From Octopus vulgaris (lineage: Eukaryota), in contig OX597821.1 of the NCBI GenBank assembly GCA_951406725.2, positions 51,646,001-51,710,000 of the forward strand: 64,000 nt of DNA, in the 5' to 3' direction. A model generated the notes under the pieces. That model was not told the origin of the DNA and did not search any database. It saw only the letters and a program-made list of their open reading frames with translations. Below are positions 1-14,069 of this stretch, piece by piece. How positions within the stretch are numbered: position 1 is the stretch's first letter; every line of letters starts with the position of its first letter. The translations under genes were made by a program, and so were the position numbers.

Positions 1-719
1 TTCTCATTAATTGTCTCATAAATTAAACGATACATTCCACTGCAACAATTGTAGGTGTTAATTTCGAAATTTGGTCTGCTGTTCTTGTTTCTAGTTTCCA
101 TAGAAATAAACACAGCACGTATGATCAATAATCAATAAAATTCTATACTATCCTAATTGCAATGATTCCAAAAACTATAAACTGATTTCATGTATAACCT
201 GTCATTCGTAAATGGATTTAAAACATGAAAATACTTCATTCAGTTTCGTTGAATTAGAAATAGCATGGAAGCCTCGTTCAACTTGGTAATAAAAAAAATA
301 GGAAAACTTCTAACGAATTAGTTTTTCATTCGGTTAAATTGGAAGCCATAGCATTCAATCATATAACAAAATGAAGTATTCACAGTTTCTATACTCATTA
401 AAGGCATTTAATGAGCATACATAAGTTCATCAATGATTCTTCATTAAAATTTATTATTTCCAACATAGCACAAATCTACAAATGTTGCAGGTGTAGGGTG
501 TAGTGAGTTAATCGATTTCGGTTCTGGTTCTTATTTTGTCAGCTTTTGAAGGATAAATGACAAACACAACCTCAGTGGAGTTTCAAATCCGAATGTAAAT
601 TGACGTATCCCATATAATGCATGTCGTCTAGCGACCTCTGCCGATTGTCTTCCACTATTCTTATTCCTCTATTCAATTGAATTATATAGTGCCGTGCAGA
701 TAGGTTATACTTCACGTTT

Positions 720-1100
720 TAGGTAGAAAATTTCAGCAACTGCATAATTTTTCCGTTCGTAGCAATAATCCATATTTTTTCTCTTACATTATTAACAAAG
801 TCAGCACAAAGCTCAATGATTCTCTTTTCTTTAACTTTATTTACAATAAAACAATCACATGTTAACACTTTTTCAACTATGTTTTGGAACCTTTCGTACA
901 TAATTGTCCGTCATATATGTCTAAATGATATCCCAATAACTCTGGTGCCACATTTTACCCTACATTTCTTTGCATTCAAACAGATGTTATAAATAATTCT
1001 CAAAAAGATTGTCTTTCTATCTTCGAGTTATTTTGATATGTTCCTAAAGTATAGTTGTTGTTGCTGTTAAATAACATTAGATCAGCTGTGATCGAGCTCC
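720..1100 (-). pseudogene. Possible decayed DNA-transposon (hAT-like) transposase C-terminal remnant
   Basis: ORF 719-901 peptide 'ERFQNIVEKVL..IVNKVKEKRIIELCADFVNNVRE' loosely resembles the V(V)NDxAERxxKLxxDF motif of some transposases; many stops upstream; judged by eye. Confidence 0.3.
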
Positions 1101-1489
1101 CATATGAACAAGATCGTTTAAGTTGTGATCATCCCAGTTTTCTTCTCAGACATAATTATTTTACATTTGCACTGTCTAATATACATTTTATTTTATTAAG
1201 ATGCAAAGGAATAAATATTGAAGATATACTTAACAACTATGCTGTGATTTTATTACTGATTAGTTTCAAAAGTAGTTTTGGCTGTGATTTCTTTTTGACT
1301 TCCTTTAGTAAATCTTTAGGATATCAATATGTCTAACCGTAGAATCCCAATGAGTTTTACTAAAAATCGACATTATTAAAACTTTGGACTCTATATTGTA
1401 ACAGTGCCAAAATCTTGTGTTGCGATGATATATAAATAATTCCTTCTTCACCTGCAGAAAGTGTGATTCAGGCTGTCACTAGTTCACAT

Positions 1490-1715
1490 AATGTTGTTTA
1501 GCCCCAGAGGATCCTTCACTGGGCAGACCTTCGCACAAAGACAACATGTTCATGTCTGTCGGAGATATTTTTCTTTTCTTGTGTATGGCACAATGTTTAT
1601 CTAAGATTGCATTAACCAATATGTATTTCGTTCTATTTTTTGAATACGGTGAACTTTAGAATGATAGAGATTGTGTCACGATATCTAGCTGGTTAAGTGA
1701 CCCCGTTGAGGCTCC
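1490..1715 (-). mobile_element. Old interspersed repeat (family D, SINE-like)
   Basis: Starts gttgtttagcccca (reverse complement of the ggggctaaacaac tail); same family as the 'ctagaaatagcagccaa' copies at ~32510, 32700, 34670, 35455, 38980, 48665, 51770. Confidence 0.5.
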
Positions 1716-2261
1716 TTCTTTGGTTCATTTGGCTCATTGATTTACGTACACCCATAAAATATGTTGAAAATTTCTAGTAATTACGAGTACCTTCTTGGGT
1801 TTCGTCCTTCCAGACAATTCAATTCTTTCCTGTATCATTTTCATTCCTGTTCTCACTAAACATCAACTGATTGTACCATATTATGATATTTACTATCTAT
1901 CTTTATCACAGACCAACCAGAAAAATTCTATGTCATTTTGCGACCTTCTAGAAATAACAACTCAATCTCCTTCAAAATTAATCCAACTGTCTTTAAAAAG
2001 TTACAATTAAAGCAATGATATACACAAGGGGTTCGTGGTTGTAGTGTTTTTGGTTAAATATCTTCTCAATCAAAGCTAAACATTGTCCGATCATCAACAT
2101 TATCATCTGCAGTCTATTGAAGAGAAAGTATCCGACATTTTATGTTTTTTATTTCTTAAGCATACGGAGTTATCGAGATCATGTGAAGTGTACTTTATCT
2201 CGAGCTGAAGACTGCAGTATTATAGACATTTCTAATATGTGTGTATATATCTTATCTCATA

Positions 2262-2480
2262 AATGTTTCAGTCATTAGACTGCAGCCATGCTCGGGCACT
2301 GACCGAGACACACACGCATACATATATATGTACGAGAGGATCTTTTCAGTTTCCGTCTACCAAATCCACACACAAGATTTTCGTTGGCCTGGGGCTATAG
2401 TAGAAATCACTTGCCCAAGGTGCCACGCAGTAGGAATGAAGCTGGAACCATGTGGTTGAGAAGCAAGCTTCTTAAACCCG
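2262..2480 (-). mobile_element. SINE family A/B (tRNA-derived composite), partial
   Basis: tttcagtttccgtctaccaaatccac...ggggctatagtagaa...cttgcccaaggtgccacgc matches the reverse complement of the intact copy at 61646. Confidence 0.85.
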
Positions 2481-2733
2481 AAGCGTCCTGTTGCGGGACG
2501 GACTTCATGACCATTTAGCTTCGACCATATTGCGTAGTATTTTAAACAATCTGTAGCTGCAGATCGACCCATATCTTGACGTTGCGAGTGAAAATGGAGA
2601 CTTGGAAAGTGTATAGAAGCCCGTCGAGTAGATTGTCCCGGTAGTTTAAAGGTGCACTTTGCTGTATGGTGTGTGAAGCTGGTAGCTGTTTGTGTGGGGG
2701 AACACTTTAAATTAATTGAGTTGAGCGAACAAA

Positions 2734-2946
2734 TACGAAGGGATGGGGGAAAAGTCCCTTGTTTGGGATAAAAAAAAGACAAGTAGATCAGCTGATCATG
2801 ATCTTATTTAACATATTCTCCTCTCAGACTCATTGCAGCAGTTCTTCAGTTTATCTATGCCTTGTAAAAGAACACGAAAAGTTGGGTCTCCAGTCAGGTC
2901 TTTCGTGATACCCTTAAAACCAGGAACTGTTCAGCACCTTCTCGTA
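2734..2946 (-). mobile_element. Tc1/mariner-derived MITE
   Basis: TA-flanked imperfect TIRs (tacgaagggatgggggaaaagtccc / ccaggaactgttcagcaccttctcgta); interior is the reverse complement of the copy at 8672. Confidence 0.7.
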
Positions 2947-3061
2947 TCTCCTCATTGTCAAACGGTGGTGATCGATCCTCATATACACATATGTGTGTGT
3001 ATGTGTGCTCGTGTGTGTGTTTGCTCGTTTGTGCATGCCCAAATGTATGAATGCATGTGAG

Positions 3062-3065
<4 letters not shown>

Positions 3066-3111
<46 letters not shown>

Positions 3112-3152
3112 GTGTGTGCGTGTGTGTGTGCGTGTGTGTGTGCGTGCGTGCG
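3066..3152. repeat. (TG)n/(TGCG)n microsatellite
   Basis: Seen directly. Confidence 0.95.
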
Positions 3153-4386
3153 TCTTTGTTTATTGTATTTAGACATTGGCTTTCCTCTTCACTCTCATCT
3201 AAAAGTATTAATTAAAGGATTAATCAACTGCTGAATGTTGCGAAGTATCCCAGCCACTTCTATTAAACTAAATGCTTTTTTTCACAGGAACAGCGGCAAT
3301 TTAAACACGTTATGGTTTAAACTTATACGATTTTTCTTTTCGACATTAATGCTTGCTTAAATGAGACAAAGAACTAGCAAATGATTTCAACAATAATTGT
3401 AGCATTATCTTTTAAAATTGATTCTCCAAGAATCTGGAACCGTGAAAAATAGATGATTCCGTCTTCCGATTTTGCTTTTCCTTTTCACATTTATTGTATA
3501 ACTAAAAGAGAAAATCGATTTATTGAATATCGATTATTTGAAAATATATTTAGTGATTTGTAAGAAATATTTTTTTTTACCTAATAATCATTTTGATATT
3601 TTTATGAGACTTATCAAAATGGTGCTCCATGTTCTCCTTGTTTTAATATCGTACTTTATATATTCTATATTCTGTTAATATATTTGAAAGACGTTTATTG
3701 TAAAGTTTGGATTTTGTTTTCGTTTCGTTCGAACAATAGTTGAACTTCGCACGACAAAAGGATTAAAGAGAAAATTACGAAAGGAAATATATTTTTTCGT
3801 TTTCTTTTCCATCCTTTGTCGAAGCTTTTCAGAAATATGCGCTTTGCATGTTAATTTCCTTTCTTAAATTACATCCTGTTGGATTAAAGATAAATCCTTA
3901 AATACTAAGTCTTTTAACGTTTAGTGTTCAATAGTTGTTTTATTGTTCCACTGTTTGCTTTCATATATATGTGTGTGAGTGTGTGTGTATTTGTGTGAGT
4001 GTGTGTGTATTTGTATGAGTGTGTGTGTATGTGTGTGCGTGCGTGGAGGATTGTGTGTGTGCGTGGTGGCGGTAGTGGTGGAGGTAGTGTTTGTGTGTGT
4101 ACGTATGTATGTATGCATGCATGTGTGTATATTCTACGTTTTGTATAGATTTTTCTTGTTAACTATTCCGTTTTCGAATTCGTGCATAATATTTGGTCAG
4201 AGGAATTATTGCTATTAGTTTTAGAATTATTGATGTTTTCGTTTGCAAGAATACTTTAATCATTGACACACTCTGGAATTCTCTCTCTATCTCTACTTTC
4301 TCTCATTTTGTTTCTCATCCATTCTGCCTATTTCTCTCTCTGCTACACATACATACATACATACATACATACATACATACATACAA

Positions 4387-4421
<35 letters not shown>

Positions 4422-4489
4422 CGCATTTTTATGTGGATGTATATATACATCAATGAATAGATAAATGGAAGGATGTCCATGAAATTCTT

Positions 4490-4960
4490 GAAAGCATTTG
4501 TCACTAGTATTATTCCAAACTTCTTTCATTCAACAGAAACTCAATGCAAATGCTACTCATGGCAAGATAACTTCATCACATCACAATCTCCTTTATTGTA
4601 AGCAACTTTCATCTAGAGCCCATTTGTTGGCTTTCAATATCATCAAGGATATATCCTGGCCAAAGTACATATTTAGCATAACTAGGATCACAACCTAACA
4701 ACTGTCTTTTCTCTTGAGGACCAGAAGATACTTTACACTCTGATTATTATAGATAGAATAAATCCCAGATGAAGCTCACGATGGAATATTGCTCTCATAT
4801 CTGGAAAGTTGCTGCTGTTGTACACACAACCTTTGTTGATTCCATCCAAAACAAGGGCAATTTCTGAGACACTCGCGCGTTGTCTCATCTCTCTGCTTTT
4901 GCAACTCTATTATTATGGCTTCTGCTTCTTGGATCTGGCTGTAATAATGCCACCTCATTT
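4490..4960 (+). mobile_element. Decayed L2/CR1-group LINE reverse-transcriptase C-terminal fragment
   Basis: Fragmentary translations 'DISWPKYI', 'KSQMKLTMEYCSHIW', 'DSIQNK', 'YYYGFC..DLAVIMPP'; EYCSHIW is typical of this group; stops and frameshifts present. Confidence 0.7.
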
Positions 4961-6259
4961 TTGGTTGGCCGGGCACTATCTTAAAAGTCACAAATCCATG
5001 ATGCCACACAGTGAGACTGAACCTGATATCACGAGTTCAGAAGCAAACGTCTTGACCATACACCCTTGCTAGTATTGTTCTTTGTATTATATCCTACAGA
5101 ACTCAGTCGTCACCCAGTTTTCTTACCATCCTAACCTGGCATTGAGTAACTCTAGCATTACCGATTCAGTTGCAGCCATTTGAACTACGCCTCTGATCTG
5201 ACGGCAACTTTCTCCGTTCCTTCCTCCAGTTTCAGAAGCGCTGCAAAGCGTTGGAAGATGCTTCTTATCTTATTCTAATTTTCGCCACAAAAATTATTAA
5301 TATAAAACTTCCTAGTTCCTTTCTGTAACAGATTTATTAGTGCACTACTTCATAAACAGCGCAGCTGATGAACTTCTATAGGTTTTAAATAAAGATTGAT
5401 TAAACTACACGAGGGAATATGTTTTACGTGTTGGCCATAGTAGTATTTAATTCTATATAATCATGAGGTTTTGGACTCTACTCAACTTTAATCCTAGCAT
5501 CGGATCGATCCAAACCTTGTAAGGAAAACTTTGTAGACAGAAGCTGTGTTGAATACGGTCATTATGGACTGTTCCTAATCCAACTTTGTAGTTATGTCAT
5601 GCGGCGCTGCATGAAGATTGCTTTAAGGATATATGCAGCTGTAGTGGAATCCTTAGCCACGTATGGTCTGTACGAAATAGTTATACTTGTAGTTCACAGG
5701 GTTAATCTTGTCACACGGTGTACCTTCCGCTTCGTGATTACATTATGTCTACAAATGTATATGGAAAACTCGATCACTTACAAAATAAGATAAAAATAAA
5801 TACATCTATAATTCAAATAAACACCTGTGTCACGTACTTTTTCATGCAGATCCCAACCGACATTTACATTAAGTGTACGGCCGTATGTGAAATACACGCT
5901 CGCAAGGTAATACAATAACTGGGTAGTTTAGTTCATAGAATCAGTCGATGTTCATCTACGAAACCGACGAAGGATCCATTACGGTAAATGATTGCATTCA
6001 CTGTATAATGAAATTGAGTAAGCAAGATGGTGTAAAATAACTTGGCAAGAAAATTATAATCGGTTGAAGCTCTGCCAGAAAATTAATCATGTATGCTTTA
6101 TAATAATTCTTTGAATTCATTTCTTTATATAGAAATATGACATTGCTAGAGAGAGGTTGTGTGACAGAGGAGTGTTGGAAAAGTTGTGGGAAAAGTTATT
6201 TGAATTTTATTTGAATAGAATCGTTTATTCTGTATAGGCACACTCATGCATACACCTCC

Positions 6260-6481
6260 CTCATACATACATACATACATACATACATACATACATACAT
6301 ACATACAAACATATATGTATATATATAGAGAGATTGATAGATAGATAGATAGATAGATATATACAGATATAGATATACATACATACACATGTACATATAT
6401 ACATACATGCAGATATGCATGTATATATATATATCTATATGTAATATATATATACGTATATATATATATATATATACATAC

Positions 6482-6524
<43 letters not shown>

Positions 6525-6535
6525 CACACGCATAC
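6260..6535. repeat. Compound microsatellite (TACA)n/(GATA)n/(TA)n/(TG)n
   Basis: Seen directly. Confidence 0.95.
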
Positions 6536-6813
6536 ACGTGTCTGCACCATGATGTCGTGCCAGTAGTCCAGAATCTGGACTTTAGTTGTAGTTGCTGAAC
6601 CAAAAGAAAAGATAATAGTGTCTCGTGATGTGGGACGTCACTGGTAGGTAGAAACGTTTCACCTCTCTCCTAAGGGTCATTTTAATGGTCAAATTAAGGG
6701 TCAACTTAATGAGGACATCATATTACGTGACACACAACCATCTTTTATATTTTGTTTTCACTACTACGCCAGTCTGAACCTATAATGAGAAAGTAACAAC
6801 ATGCACTACATCG

Positions 6814-6848
<35 letters not shown>

Positions 6849-6964
6849 TGTATGTATGTATGTATGTATGTATGTATGTATGTATGTATGTATGTATGTA
6901 TGAATGTGTCTGTCTGTCTGTCAATCTATCTATCTATCGATCGATCTATCAATTTATCTGTCTA

Positions 6965-7120
6965 TTTGTGGGTATTTGGTAAGAAGTTTGCCTCCCAGCT
7001 GCAGGGTCCCAAGCTCAATCCCACTGCGTGACATCTTGGGCAACTGTCTTCTGCTGTAGCCTCGGGCCGACCAAACCCTTGTGAATAGATTTGTTAAACG
7101 GAAATTAAAAGAAGCCCGAC

Positions 7121-7171
<51 letters not shown>

Positions 7172-7362
7172 TGTGTATGTTTATGTCTGTGTATAACAAC
7201 AGGCATTGGTGCGATCCCGTAACATAGCAGTTCGGCAAAAACGACCGATAGAGTGAGTGCCTCACTTTAAAAGCTAATAAATACTTGTAGCGATTGCAAT
7301 TCTTCAAAGTGGTGCGTAGCATGGCCGCATTGTAATGATTGAAATCAATAAAGAATAAAGAT
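6965..7362 (+). mobile_element. SINE family A/B composite with internal (TA)n
   Basis: ggtaagaagtttgcc...cttgggcaactgtcttc...gaagcccgacg-(TA)n-...gttcggcaaaa...gcatggccgc. Confidence 0.85.
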
Positions 7363-7375
7363 AACACACACACAC

Positions 7376-8398
<1,023 letters not shown>

Positions 8399-8457
8399 TC
8401 GCTATGATCGATCGCTAGCCACTAAACCTTTCTTATTTTCTGCTTATTTCTATGTTC

Positions 8458-8493
8458 CTTTCTGTTGAAGAGCGTAGGCTCGAAACGTACAAG
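8458..8493 (+). ncRNA. Variant minimal type I hammerhead motif in a PLE 3' (pLTR) fragment
   Basis: cttt-CTGTTGA-a-gagc(gtag)gctc-GAAA-cg-TA-caag; A6 replaced by U and stem I imperfect; homologous to 60201-60236. Confidence 0.5.
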
Positions 8494-8588
8494 ACTTTCT
8501 CACTTCCCGAGCGTTAAACTGATACATCTGTTTCTTGTTTACACACATGTCTTCGTTTTTTGTTTTGCTTTTATGCACATTCTAACTA

Positions 8589-8659
<71 letters not shown>

Positions 8660-8671
8660 ATATATATATAT

Positions 8672-8881
8672 ATACGAGGGTGTGCTGAAAGGTTCCAGGC
8701 TTGAAGGCTATCATGAAACACCTGGTTGGAGGCCCAGCCTTCCGAGTTCCTTTACAGGACTTAGAAATACGAAAGAACAGCTGTAATAAGTGTGTGAATC
8801 TGAGAGTGGTATATGTTACGTTGAATAAGATTATAACTAACTGATTCTCCTGTGCTTCCTTCTACCCAAAGCCTGGAACTT
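8672..8881 (+). mobile_element. Tc1/mariner-derived MITE
   Basis: TA + cgagggtgtgctgaaaggttccaggctt TIR; interior encodes a mariner-like C-terminus 'NSCNKCVNLRVVYV'; right TIR truncated (aaagcctggaactt). Confidence 0.75.
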
Positions 8882-9689
8882 ATATACATAGATATATATA
8901 TATCCACGCACAAATAATCTTTCATACATAGAAGCACACAAGACGATGCGGAAAGAAATGTGGATTTTGATTATCCCTAAGGTTACTTTGATTAAGAAAA
9001 CATTTGACCCTTCCAGCCATGAACATCTGGTTTAGCACCACCTTATCCAATGTGATTTCCCAGACATTTCTTGCAAGACAAGTTAGCGCATAGATGCTTC
9101 CTCTGAAAGCCAAGTAAGGTGAAACGATTCTTTAAAAAAATATCTGAATTTTTTTCAGTAAGACGAATAAATAAATAAAAATTCAATGCAATCAAACTTT
9201 TCGTGTATATTAGTATTCAAATAAAGCTACCAGGTGGTAGAATAGATGGACCTAGCCGGGATGTCTTTGATCAAGGGCGTTCACAATCAATGTTGATTTG
9301 GCAAGATGCAAGATAGAATTCTTAAGGTTTCCTCATTTGCATTTGATCAAATATTCTCATTGGGTTTAGTGTTGTTGTTTTTATTGATATTGCTATTTAT
9401 TAATACTTTTATCTTCTTAAGAACTTTTGCGTTCCGTTTTGTTCTGTGGGGATTTTGATACTGAACAACTCATTTAATTCTATCATCGCTAAAGATTAGC
9501 AGTAGCTCAAATGTTCAGTTTGCAAACCCTTCAAGGATGGCGGACAGAAAGAGGAGTGGAACAATAACGCAGATCGGAAACCTGTTTGAATTTATTCACA
9601 TACTCTGTTAAAGACAGCGCAGTTGTCAAATAGTGGAGTTAAGCCGGGCAGATTAAATCTACCAATTAAAGCCGGTACAAGTCACTGTC

Positions 9690-9845
9690 TCATGGGCTTC
9701 TGCACAGATTCTATCTCACCCAGTTTCAATTACAAGGATTTGGTCAACCCTCAGCTATAATAAAAAACACTTGCCTAAGTTCCCGCGATATATAATCGAA
9801 CTTATTACACAGGGATTGGAAAGTGAAGTTCTTAACAATGCTTGC
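9690..9845 (-). mobile_element. SINE family A, decayed
   Basis: gggcttct...caaggatttggtcaaccc...ctataat...acacttgcctaag. Confidence 0.65.
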
Positions 9846-10415
9846 ACATAAAAATATAAGCGCTTCTTAATATATTCAGAAATTAAGCGTGTGACAATCA
9901 CCATTGGAAGGTTGTCTCTCATTTGACAACCACGACTAGTTTTGACTGTTTCACAATTGATACTGTTAATACAACGGAAATTATCAATGAATTGTTCGGC
10001 GACATATCATAATTTTATATGTCGAACAATCAGTTTTAGTGTGTAACCTTTATCACTCCAATCATAAGACCGGATTTGTTTAATGTGTTACAGATAACTT
10101 GATATTGAAGCATCATTCCATCATTCTGTGACATGAGGAATACAGCTTAATACCCATGGTATTAATGACATTCCTAAAAATCTGTTAAAGTAATAATTTT
10201 CTCTCAAGTTTTAATCTTGGTCTCTAAATTGGAGTCATAGATTATCCAGAAACTTGTGTTAGGAATTTTAAATCAGGTTTGTCTCCTAAAAGTATTATAT
10301 GAGATGCAATATCTGAAAGCTGTTTGAGATGTTTGACACCTAACTTTCGTAATGTCCTTATATTTTGTTAGAAAACATTATTGACTGCATTCACTTTATC
10401 TTCTGTTTCACACAG

Positions 10416-10475
10416 AGCAGAAAAACACAAACACAAGTATATGAATACATAGAAGATGTCGAATGTGTTGTGCAA
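10416..10475 (+). CDS. Candidate 60-nt internal exon (SRKTQTQVYEYIEDVECVVQ), gene unknown
   Basis: Pyrimidine tract plus cacag acceptor, gtgagt donor, length a multiple of 3, only frame 0 open. Confidence 0.3.
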
Positions 10476-11088
10476 GTGAGTACAGCAAGGTTAAACACCG
10501 TATAACTAATTATTATCTCGAAATGTTACCAAAATGCAATTTTCAAACGAAACAGATGATATACTTTTATTGAACTGAGAAAACATTTTATTATATATAA
10601 ATGATTGAGACAGAAGTAAGGTTGATATCATTGCAATTGGATCTGATTCGACAATAATGAAATCAATTACACCGTTGTTATTAGAACGGTTTCTAACATA
10701 TATACAAGATTAAACATTTTGTGGTGTTGAGAGGGGATAAGTAAATTTGACCAACTAAGGTAATTGTATGGTACATATTTGTTTAAAGTGGATTAGAGAA
10801 ACTTGTCCAGTTGAGGAACTCTTACATCATACACTTCACAGGCTAACGAGGCGCTTAACAGATACAATATTAGATTTCGTAAAGATAATCTCTGTGACAC
10901 ACAGAGAACCCAACAGTGACATAAGATTGGTAAGTGCTTAGGGCGTTATATTATTTAAGCTGAGAAATTATCGAAGTAAATTCGGGTGCAAGCTAAACAA
11001 GGTATTTGGACTCACAATGTCAAAAGAAAATATATTTAATGCATCACGACTTATTATAAACAGCCACTCGCCCTTTAGTAACCCTTTC

Positions 11089-11089
<1 letters not shown>

Positions 11090-11180
<91 letters not shown>

Positions 11181-11199
11181 GTGTATAGATAGATAGATC

Positions 11200-11291
<92 letters not shown>

Positions 11292-11315
11292 CATAGATAG
11301 ATAGATAGACAGATT
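11090..11315. repeat. Compound (TA)n/(TG)n/(GACA)n/(GATA)n microsatellite
   Basis: Seen directly. Confidence 0.95.
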
Positions 11316-11339
11316 GATAAATGAAAATATATATTTTTT

Positions 11340-11537
11340 TTTTGTACTTGTTTCAGTCATTTGACTGCGGCCATGCTGGAGCACCGCCTTTTGAGTACAG
11401 CAGGGATCACCACCTCCTGCCGGAGCCTCGTGGAGCTTTTAGGTGTTTTCGCTCAATAAACACACACAACGCCCGGTCTGGGAATCGAAACCGCGATCCT
11501 CCGACCGCAAGTCCGCTGCCCTAATCACTAGGCCATA
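11340..11537 (-). mobile_element. tRNA-derived SINE (A/B boxes) joined to the family B 3' end
   Basis: Minus strand reads tggcctagtgattagggcagcggact...ggtttcgattcccagaccggg (A and B boxes), then ggcggtgctccagcatggccgcagtcaaatgactgaaac. Confidence 0.8.
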
Positions 11538-12379
11538 TGAAAATATATATATAAGTAGAAAGATAGAGGAACACAAGTGGACTTACTTTCGATGTACTTT
11601 ACGAAAGTAAGAATACAAAATAAACAAGAGGTATATAATAGTCTTACCGCGACCACTGTTTCAGTTGCACCATGGTCTACGCCGTAATCACGTTCATTAT
11701 ATAATAAAGATCCATAATGTCATAGATGTAGAGAATAACACAAGTACCTACGCGTCCATTGGACAAGACCAGAGCATCGTCATTGGAAGAATATGGCTAA
11801 CAGCACACACATATACACACACACACATACACACACATTTTTCTTTTAGTGATTTGACTCACTGGAATATGATCATGCTGGGGAACTACCTTCAAGGATT
11901 CTAATCGATCATATCGGCCGCCATACGTTTGACACCAAGTAATAGATCTTTATATACTCACTAAATTGAACCCTGGTATCAAGGGACACAAAATCAATTT
12001 AGACAAGTCAACATACTAACCTCATGAATATATATAAAGAAGGTTATATAAGTGTGTGTTACGTGTGTGTGTACGCATATATGCATAGATATACAAATAT
12101 ATACATACATATATATATATATTCATATACATATACATATATATATATATATATATACACACATACATATATAAATATATACATAGGTACATATATATAT
12201 ATATACATGTATAAATATATATATACATATATAGATATATATAGATATATATAAATATATATATATGCATACATATACATACATATATTTATAAATATAT
12301 ATATATATATATACATATATATACATACACACAGATAAATAAGTGGAGTTAAATGCAGGTATTAATCAAATACTTTTAC

Positions 12380-12465
12380 TTCCGACATATGTTTCGAAGA
12401 CAACATTGGTATTATTCCAGAAGGAATAAAATGGTGTAAAACAATGCAATCTTCTCATCAGGGAA
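12380..12465 (-). ncRNA. Type I hammerhead ribozyme (canonical core, GUC site)
   Basis: Minus strand: ttcc-CTGATGA-gaaga...tcttc-GAAA-catatg-TC-ggaa; stems I and II pair, stem III is palindromic (acatatgt). Confidence 0.85.
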
Positions 12466-12799
12466 AGAAAGAAACCAAACACATCAATAAGACTTTTTAA
12501 AACAATGTGATCTTCGAAACATATGTCGGAAGTAAAAGAATAACACCTGCGTTTAACTCAATTTATTTATTTCTCTATACAAACCCAAACCTGGTGTTTC
12601 TGCGTTTATAAATATGCAGTTACATCCTTGTTACTTGTCTGAATTTTTGCTACCCTGGTAACTTTATTTATTTTTTCCGTATTATTTGTAAACACTGAAA
12701 AAACACACAGACGTACATACATATATGCATGCATACATACATATATACACACACAAACACACACACACACACACTCACACATATATATATATATTCGTA

Positions 12800-13545
12800 T
12801 TCTTTGTATTACTTGTCCCATTTCCCATTTTTCTCTTGTTATTTGCGTATTTAAGTCATTTATTTTCGTATTTCATGTTGTTTACTATATATGCATATAT
12901 AGATATATCATTTATATTATTATTTAATTGAACGCCACGCATCCATTTCTAAGTAAGTTTATCTTAACCTTTTAGATGCTACCCAACTCTATACTGTTTT
13001 CTCTCCCATCCTCACTAATTCCCTTTTTCTCCCTTTCACCGTTTTTTATCTGTCTCTCTCCCTCTTCCCCTATTTCTCTTTTCTCTCTCTCTTTGCTCAC
13101 ACGTGACCATCGTCTGTTTTTCTTTCCGTCACGTTATCATCTTTCTTTTCCTGCACGGACGTTATAAGGACTAGACGTCTCCGATCTCTCTCTTATATCT
13201 TTTCTTTTTTCGAAGAAAATACTTCTCTCATCGTTCATTATTTTCCCCTCGTTCAGGTATAACGACCCTCAATGTTTGTTTTCGTTCGATTTCCTTGTAT
13301 GTATTCACTGTCCTGTTTGTTCCCAACTTTTACCGTCCATAAATCCAAAGTTTTATTTTGCTATTTATGGGAGCAACTGTCTTAGAAGACTCATATTGTC
13401 GTTGATTGCTCGAAATGGGGAGTAGATAAACAGCTGACAACTGATGAAGTTGTATTAATTGTCCTGTTTCCATTTTTTCCTCACGTTATTTGCGTATTTA
13501 ACACATTTGTTTTCGTATTTCATGCTGTTTATAGTTGGTGACGTC
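12800..13545 (+). mobile_element. Non-coding element with ~80-bp terminal direct repeats (PLE pLTR-like)
   Basis: ttgtcccatttcccattttt...ttatttgcgtatttaa...ttttcgtatttcatg occurs at ~12813-12885 and ~13459-13530; caactgatgaag precedes the second copy. Confidence 0.5.
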
Positions 13546-13579
13546 CTGTACCCATATATGTATATATATATTTATATAT

Positions 13580-13700
13580 ACGGCTGTGTGGTAAGTAGCT
13601 TGCTTACCAACCACATGGTTCTTGGTTCAGTCCCACTTAGTGGGACCTTGCACAGCTCTCGTTTACTATAGCCTCGGATTGACCACAACCTTGTAAGGGT
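13580..13700 (+). mobile_element. SINE family A, 5' part
   Basis: ggctgtgtggtaagtagcttgcttaccaaccacatggttcttggttcagtcccac. Confidence 0.85.
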
Positions 13701-13819
13701 AGCAAAATTGAGGTGGAATGATGAATTAGGAATATAAGTTGCTTAAAAGGACAGGTTAGTGGTGAGTAGTAGAAGAATGTATATCTGTGAAGGTGTATAC
13801 ACACGTACGTATCCATACA

Positions 13820-13891
<72 letters not shown>

Positions 13892-14069
13892 GGCTTAGTA
13901 AAATAAATTACTTTGCCGCATACTGAACTCATTAGAAATAGCAGCTAAAAAAACTTTTTAAAAACTATTTCCAATACTTAAAGAAAACCTCTCTCATATA
14001 GTGTTTGCTCAATTCAACTCACGAAAGTATGGGGGTAGAGACATTAAAAAATCAAATGCAAAGGTTATT

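Noticed and set aside
6645-6725. Hammerhead-like relic on the minus strand (aTGATGt-cctc...gaggt-GAAAcgTT)
   Set aside because: Two core positions changed and no stem I; too degenerate to support
11460-11537. tRNA gene
   Set aside because: A and B boxes are present but there is no complete cloverleaf or acceptor stem, and it continues into a SINE body
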